From: a virus
Virus record (IMG/VR): IMGVR_UViG_3300037321_000063
Location: 5,850-69,849 of that record
DNA length: 64,000 nucleotides
Reading direction: 5' to 3' (one strand)
The notes under the pieces were generated by a model. The model saw only the letters and a program-made list of their open reading frames with translations, did no database searches and was not told the origin of the DNA. Of this stretch, positions 59,627 to 64,000 are shown piece by piece. A program made the translations under genes and the position numbers. How positions within the stretch are numbered: position 1 is the first letter of the stretch; every line of letters begins with the position of its first letter.

Positions 59627-60772
59627 ATGAGTGAAACTGTAACATTAGTTAAGTTTACCAAACTTGGAAAAATTCAAGAATGGAAATGTTGGAGAGAAGA
59701 TTCCACCGTCTTTGCCGAATACGGTCAACAAGATGGTAAAAAGACTTTATCTAAAGTTGAAGCAAAAACCACTAACATCGGTAGAGCCAACGAACGAAAT
59801 CCAACCCAGCAAGCCGAATTTGAAGTTGATGCGGCATATGAAGCTCAAATTGCAAATAAGCATTATCGACACACTGTTGCCGAAGCTGAAATTGTTGCCA
59901 ATAGTTGTAGCATTCCAATGAAAATTAATAACTACAAAGATCATGGTCAAAAGATTAATGATAACTGTTTTGCCCAGCGTAAATTCAATGGTAGCCGTAG
60001 AACTGTCATAAATGGCGAATTCATTGCAAAGTCCGGTAGAGTTGAAGAATGCACTATTCCAGAAATTCAAGAACAGGTTGACCAATTGGGGTTAGATTTT
60101 GATTCTGAAACTTATGCTCATGGATTATCATTACAGCGCATTCGTAGCGCATGGTTAAGCCCTACGGAAGATAGAATCAATAAGAGGGGTCAAAACTCCT
60201 ATAAAGATTCAAAGCTCTTAAAACTCGTTATATTTGATATTCCGGTACAGGGTGTAACATTTCGAGATAAAGTTGAAATGTTATATGCTATTAAAGATAA
60301 AATTTCCTTATTAGGGTTACATCGATTGGAAGTGGAAATTCCGCAATATTTGACAAATAGACAAAGCCATGATGATTTTTTTGATAGAGCCTTAACTGAC
60401 GGTTTTGAAGGTGTGGTGTACAGAAATCTGGATAGTACGTTTGAATTTGGTGTGCGTAGTTACCAGACTCAGAAGCGTAAGCCTAGATACGATGCAGAAG
60501 CCAAAGTCCTCAGTGTAACGGCTGACAAGAAGGGTAACGGCGTTTTAACCGTACAATCTTGCGATAGCATGGATAACGTTAAATTCAAGTGTGTGATGAA
60601 GGTTACACGCCGTGACGGTAACGATTATCCAAAAGATCTCGATGCTATGTTGCTATTAGTTGGTAAATGGATTACATTCAGCTACGAAGAATTAAGCGAC
60701 AATGGCATTCCTACAAAACCAGTTGGTGAAATGGAACGCGAATGTGATGAAACCGGACAACCATTAGTTTAG
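59627..60772 (+). CDS. ATP-dependent DNA ligase
   Basis: QRKFNGSR motif I variant, FDSETY, IFDI, GFEGVVYR, KRK, TFSYEELS..GIP motifs. Confidence 0.85.
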   Translation: MSETVTLVKFTKLGKIQEWKCWREDSTVFAEYGQQDGKKTLSKVEAKTTNIGRANERNPTQQAEFEVDAAYEAQIANKHYRHTVAEAEIVANSCSIPMKINNYKDHGQKINDNCFAQRKFNGSRRTVINGEFIAKSGRVEECTIPEIQEQVDQLGLDFDSETYAHGLSLQRIRSAWLSPTEDRINKRGQNSYKDSKLLKLVIFDIPVQGVTFRDKVEMLYAIKDKISLLGLHRLEVEIPQYLTNRQSHDDFFDRALTDGFEGVVYRNLDSTFEFGVRSYQTQKRKPRYDAEAKVLSVTADKKGNGVLTVQSCDSMDNVKFKCVMKVTRRDGNDYPKDLDAMLLLVGKWITFSYEELSDNGIPTKPVGEMERECDETGQPLV

Positions 60773-60782
60773 GAACAATATT

Positions 60783-61826
60783 ATGGAAATGATTAAATAT
60801 CAATCAATCGATCAATATAGACATTTTGTTAAAAATACTATTGCATCGGTTAGATACACCCACACGGATGAAGAAGGTCATGCTCAATTTGATAAAAATA
60901 TCGTATTGCCCACTATACCCATTTATGGAACTGTTAAATTACATGGAACTAATGCCGCAATAACTTATGATTGTGTAGACCGTATTAGATTCCAAAGTAA
61001 AAATAACATTATTACGCCCGAAAATGATAATGCGGGGTTTGCAACATATATGATCGATCATACAAAGGATTTAGAATTCTACTGTAAATCGATTATGTAT
61101 AATGCTAATGCTCATGGTATTAGGGTTTATGGTGAATGGTGCGGCGGTAACATTCAATCTAATGTAGCCATAAATGGATTACCTAAAATGTTTGTGGTAT
61201 TCGATATATTTGTATTTTTAAATAATAATTGGGTACGATTCAATGTTGATGAACATATCAGAAATGTGCAAATAATTAATTTTACTAAATTAAATATTTA
61301 CTCTATCTACAGGTTTCCAATTTATACACTTGCCGTTGATTTAGCAAATCCAACGACAATCACAGAAAAAATGGAATCATTAACTTTACAGGTTGAAAAT
61401 AATTGCCCAGTTGCGGCGAAGATAAGGGAAAATCTTAAAATTATTCTTTCACCATGTAAAACTGGTGAGGGAATTGTGTGGTCAACGTTCGATAAGAGTG
61501 AATCATTTAAAGTTAAGGGTGATAAGCATTCATCTTCTAAAGTTAAAAAATTGGTTACTATTAGCCCAGAAGTTCTAAAAAATATTGGTGAGTTTGTCGA
61601 TTATGCTTGTACAGAAAATAGACTTCAGCAAGGTTATACTGAATTATTTGGTGATTGGGAATCTGTGCCAGATATGTGCAATATTAGCTTATTTATTAAG
61701 TGGATGATGAAAGACATTGGTAAAGAGGAAACCGATGTACTAGTTGAATCAAATTTAACTATGAAACAGGTTCAATCTCAGATATTAAATAAAATTAGGA
61801 ATTTTTATACCAATAAGATAAAATAA
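60783..61826 (+). CDS. RNA ligase, Rnl2 family
   Basis: VKLHGTN, YGEWCG, FDI, GEGIVW, FKVKG motifs. Confidence 0.85.
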   Translation: MEMIKYQSIDQYRHFVKNTIASVRYTHTDEEGHAQFDKNIVLPTIPIYGTVKLHGTNAAITYDCVDRIRFQSKNNIITPENDNAGFATYMIDHTKDLEFYCKSIMYNANAHGIRVYGEWCGGNIQSNVAINGLPKMFVVFDIFVFLNNNWVRFNVDEHIRNVQIINFTKLNIYSIYRFPIYTLAVDLANPTTITEKMESLTLQVENNCPVAAKIRENLKIILSPCKTGEGIVWSTFDKSESFKVKGDKHSSSKVKKLVTISPEVLKNIGEFVDYACTENRLQQGYTELFGDWESVPDMCNISLFIKWMMKDIGKEETDVLVESNLTMKQVQSQILNKIRNFYTNKIK

Positions 61827-61834
61827 CCAAATAA

Positions 61835-61865
61835 TATAACTGTAACCTTAGCAGTTACAGTTATA
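61835..61865. terminator. 12-bp hairpin between RNA ligase and gp55
   Basis: TATAACTGTAAC/GTTACAGTTATA; followed by TTTACT-18-TATACT promoter. Confidence 0.55.
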
Positions 61866-61962
61866 AAAATCTAATTTAATGTTTACTATAGCTATATAGC
61901 CGTGGTATACTTTAGTATGTCTAAATTTAAAGACACACGAAAGTATTAAATTAGAGAATACT

Positions 61963-62457
61963 ATGGCTAAAACCGATGTAGAACCAAATAAGAAAAAACG
62001 AAACAATACTGTTAACAACCCCAAGTTATATGCAGACCTTATTGATTGGCATGATCGTAAGCAAGCCGCACCGGAAGGTCAAAAAGTTGAAATGGGTGAC
62101 TACACTGCTAAGTGTATTATTGAAGTTAGTAGGAAGTTAGCGTTTCATTATCGGTTTATAAACTATACTTGGAAAGATGAAATGGTTTCCGATGCCATAG
62201 AAAATTTAATTTTAGCAATGCCAAACTACAATATTGAATACGAAAACCCACATGCATATATGTCGATGGTTGCATTCAACGCATTTATCCGTAGAATTAA
62301 AAAAGAAAAGCGAGAAGTTGCCAAAAAATGTAAATACTTTGTTACAAATGTTTATGATGTTAGTCGAGAAGATGATAATAGTGGTGATATGGAAGAAACC
62401 TCATATGAGTTTTATATAAACATGATCAACAAATTAGAAGAGTATGAAGAAAAATGA
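61963..62457 (+). CDS. gp55: late transcription sigma factor gp55
   Basis: VNN..LY, FINYTWKDEMVSDAIE, NPHAY, FNAFIRRIKKEK motifs. Confidence 0.95.
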   Translation: MAKTDVEPNKKKRNNTVNNPKLYADLIDWHDRKQAAPEGQKVEMGDYTAKCIIEVSRKLAFHYRFINYTWKDEMVSDAIENLILAMPNYNIEYENPHAYMSMVAFNAFIRRIKKEKREVAKKCKYFVTNVYDVSREDDNSGDMEETSYEFYINMINKLEEYEEK

Positions 62458-62684
62458 ACTCATTAAATACAAGAATTGACGTATGTATATCATTTACGGA
62501 GTTTGTTGAATATCCACCTTACATGGCACTATACTTAATATCAGTTAAATTAATTGAGCATGGTATTCCAATTATATTAAACTTGACGGATATAATGGAT
62601 TCACCTAAGATAGAATCTGGTACATTAAAATGTTATGAAGATTTTAATAATGGTACACTAGTGTATAGATGGGTAGGTACATAA
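62454..62684 (+). CDS. conserved hypothetical protein (resembles T4 a-gt.5)
   Basis: ALYLI...L...GIPIIL...GTL; position next to gp55. Confidence 0.55.
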   Translation: MNSLNTRIDVCISFTEFVEYPPYMALYLISVKLIEHGIPIILNLTDIMDSPKIESGTLKCYEDFNNGTLVYRWVGT

Positions 62685-62854
62685 TGAAGTTAAGAAAATA
62701 TTTGCAAAAAAAGCGCGCCGATAGACTTACTAAAATTTTTCATACAGCGATTATAAACCGAGACGCTGTAAAGGTATACGAAATATCGGTTATGATGGGA
62801 TTGAATTTTACGGATACGCAAATTCAAGACCTTTTTAATAAGAAGCACGATTGA
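62684..62854 (+). CDS. hypothetical protein
   Basis: ATG at 62684 overlapping the previous stop. Confidence 0.55.
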   Translation: MKLRKYLQKKRADRLTKIFHTAIINRDAVKVYEISVMMGLNFTDTQIQDLFNKKHD

Positions 62855-62864
62855 GGAAATAATA

Positions 62865-63887
62865 ATGGATAATCTAGTATTTCTAGGTGATTTACATTTT
62901 GGTCAAGCTAAGTCTGAAAAGTGGACTGAAGATAATCAAAAAGCATTGATAGATGATTTATATGAGTATTGCAAGCTGAATAAGGTAACTAGAATTATTC
63001 AGGCTGGTGATTTTTTTGATAACCGTAAGGGTTTAAAACATACTACTCTGAATTTTGTAAGAGAAAATGTGGTAGCTAAATTTGCGGCAATTGGTGTAAA
63101 TTGGGATGTAATTGTGGGTAATCATGATATGTTCTATAAGACCAACGTAGTGCCTAACGCCTGTGATGAAATTTTAGGTAGCTATGATAATTATACTATT
63201 CACAGTAAACCAACCACAATTAATATTGACGGTCTGGATATCGATATGATTCCTTGGATGTGTCAAGACAATAACGAAGAGATTATGGAATTTATTAAGA
63301 ATACCAAATCCAAGTTATGTATAGGTCACTTCGAATTATCTGGATTTAAATACAATCAATCTATTCCATCAAACGGTGTGGATGCAAACTTCCTAGAGTC
63401 ATATTTCAAAGTTATTTCCGGTCATTTTCATACTCAGTCAAATAATGGTACTGTATATTATATCGGTACACCATATCAATTAGATTTTAATGATGCGGAT
63501 GATAAGCGTGGGTGGTGGGTAATGAATACCGACACCACAGAAATGAAATTTGTTGATAGTGGACATAGGCATTATACAAAATTAAAGTATGATGAATTTG
63601 AAGGCGAATTTGAATCATTAACTAATATGCGAGTACGATTGTATACTGATGTTGAAGACGACAACTTTAAATTATTTGTATCGCAAATCTCTGAGGTTGT
63701 TGATTCACTTGATATAGTTTATAACAATGATGTGAAATTAGCGTGTGTTGATGAATCGGATGATGTGAATCTGGAAGACACTAGATCGCTAGTTGTTAAT
63801 ACTATCAATAATTTAGACGTTGACGATAGCGATAAAACGTTTATAATTGACCATTATGATGATTTATATAGTAAGGCTATGGAATAA
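62865..63887 (+). CDS. gp47: recombination endonuclease subunit gp47 (Mre11-like)
   Basis: GDLHFG, GDFFD, GNHD, GHFE, SGHFH phosphoesterase motifs. Confidence 0.96.
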   Translation: MDNLVFLGDLHFGQAKSEKWTEDNQKALIDDLYEYCKLNKVTRIIQAGDFFDNRKGLKHTTLNFVRENVVAKFAAIGVNWDVIVGNHDMFYKTNVVPNACDEILGSYDNYTIHSKPTTINIDGLDIDMIPWMCQDNNEEIMEFIKNTKSKLCIGHFELSGFKYNQSIPSNGVDANFLESYFKVISGHFHTQSNNGTVYYIGTPYQLDFNDADDKRGWWVMNTDTTEMKFVDSGHRHYTKLKYDEFEGEFESLTNMRVRLYTDVEDDNFKLFVSQISEVVDSLDIVYNNDVKLACVDESDDVNLEDTRSLVVNTINNLDVDDSDKTFIIDHYDDLYSKAME

Positions 63888-64000
63888 TGTTAAATTTTAA
63901 TAAAATAAGCTACAAAAACATATTGTCAGTTGGTAATAGTCCGGTAGAAATTGTATTTGATGAATTCAAAAAGACATTAATCACTGGTACAAATGGCGGC
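63887..64000 (+). CDS. gp46: recombination endonuclease subunit gp46 (Rad50-like), partial
   Basis: MLNFNKISYKNILSVGN...KTLITGTNGG, start of Walker A. Confidence 0.9.
   Translation, partial: MLNFNKISYKNILSVGNSPVEIVFDEFKKTLITGTNGG

Overview
AT-rich 64-kb segment of a large T4-like (myovirus) phage genome. It carries the baseplate, tail and head morphogenesis module (tape measure/gp29-like, gp51, gp26, gp54, gp2, gp4; gp48, 53, 27, 5, 25, 6, 7, 8, 9, 10, 12-like, mini-wac, 13-23), inh, uvsW, uvsY, dNMP kinase, three DNA methyltransferases, a small partly decayed tRNA cluster, DNA and RNA ligases, gp55, gp47 and the start of gp46, with many TATAAATA late promoters. All calls are from motif recognition by eye, without database searches. 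Highlights: (1) a ribosome-coupled attenuator-like leader ahead of the tRNA cluster, whose 26-codon leader peptide has half its codons read by the four downstream tRNA species (Thr, Ser, Asn, Tyr); (2) about 15 small genes starting with a T4 capsid-targeting-like sequence (MKxF/YxEF/YxxE), including a frameshifted SAM-lyase-like gene and a possible RelE/BECR-like RNase, plus a related cargo domain on the prohead protease; (3) an atypically split intein in the terminase, with a homing-endonuclease remnant fused to IntC; (4) a remodelled adsorption apparatus (gp7 roughly doubled in length; gp9, gp12 and Wac shortened; no gp11 in place); (5) apparent complete avoidance of GCWGC.
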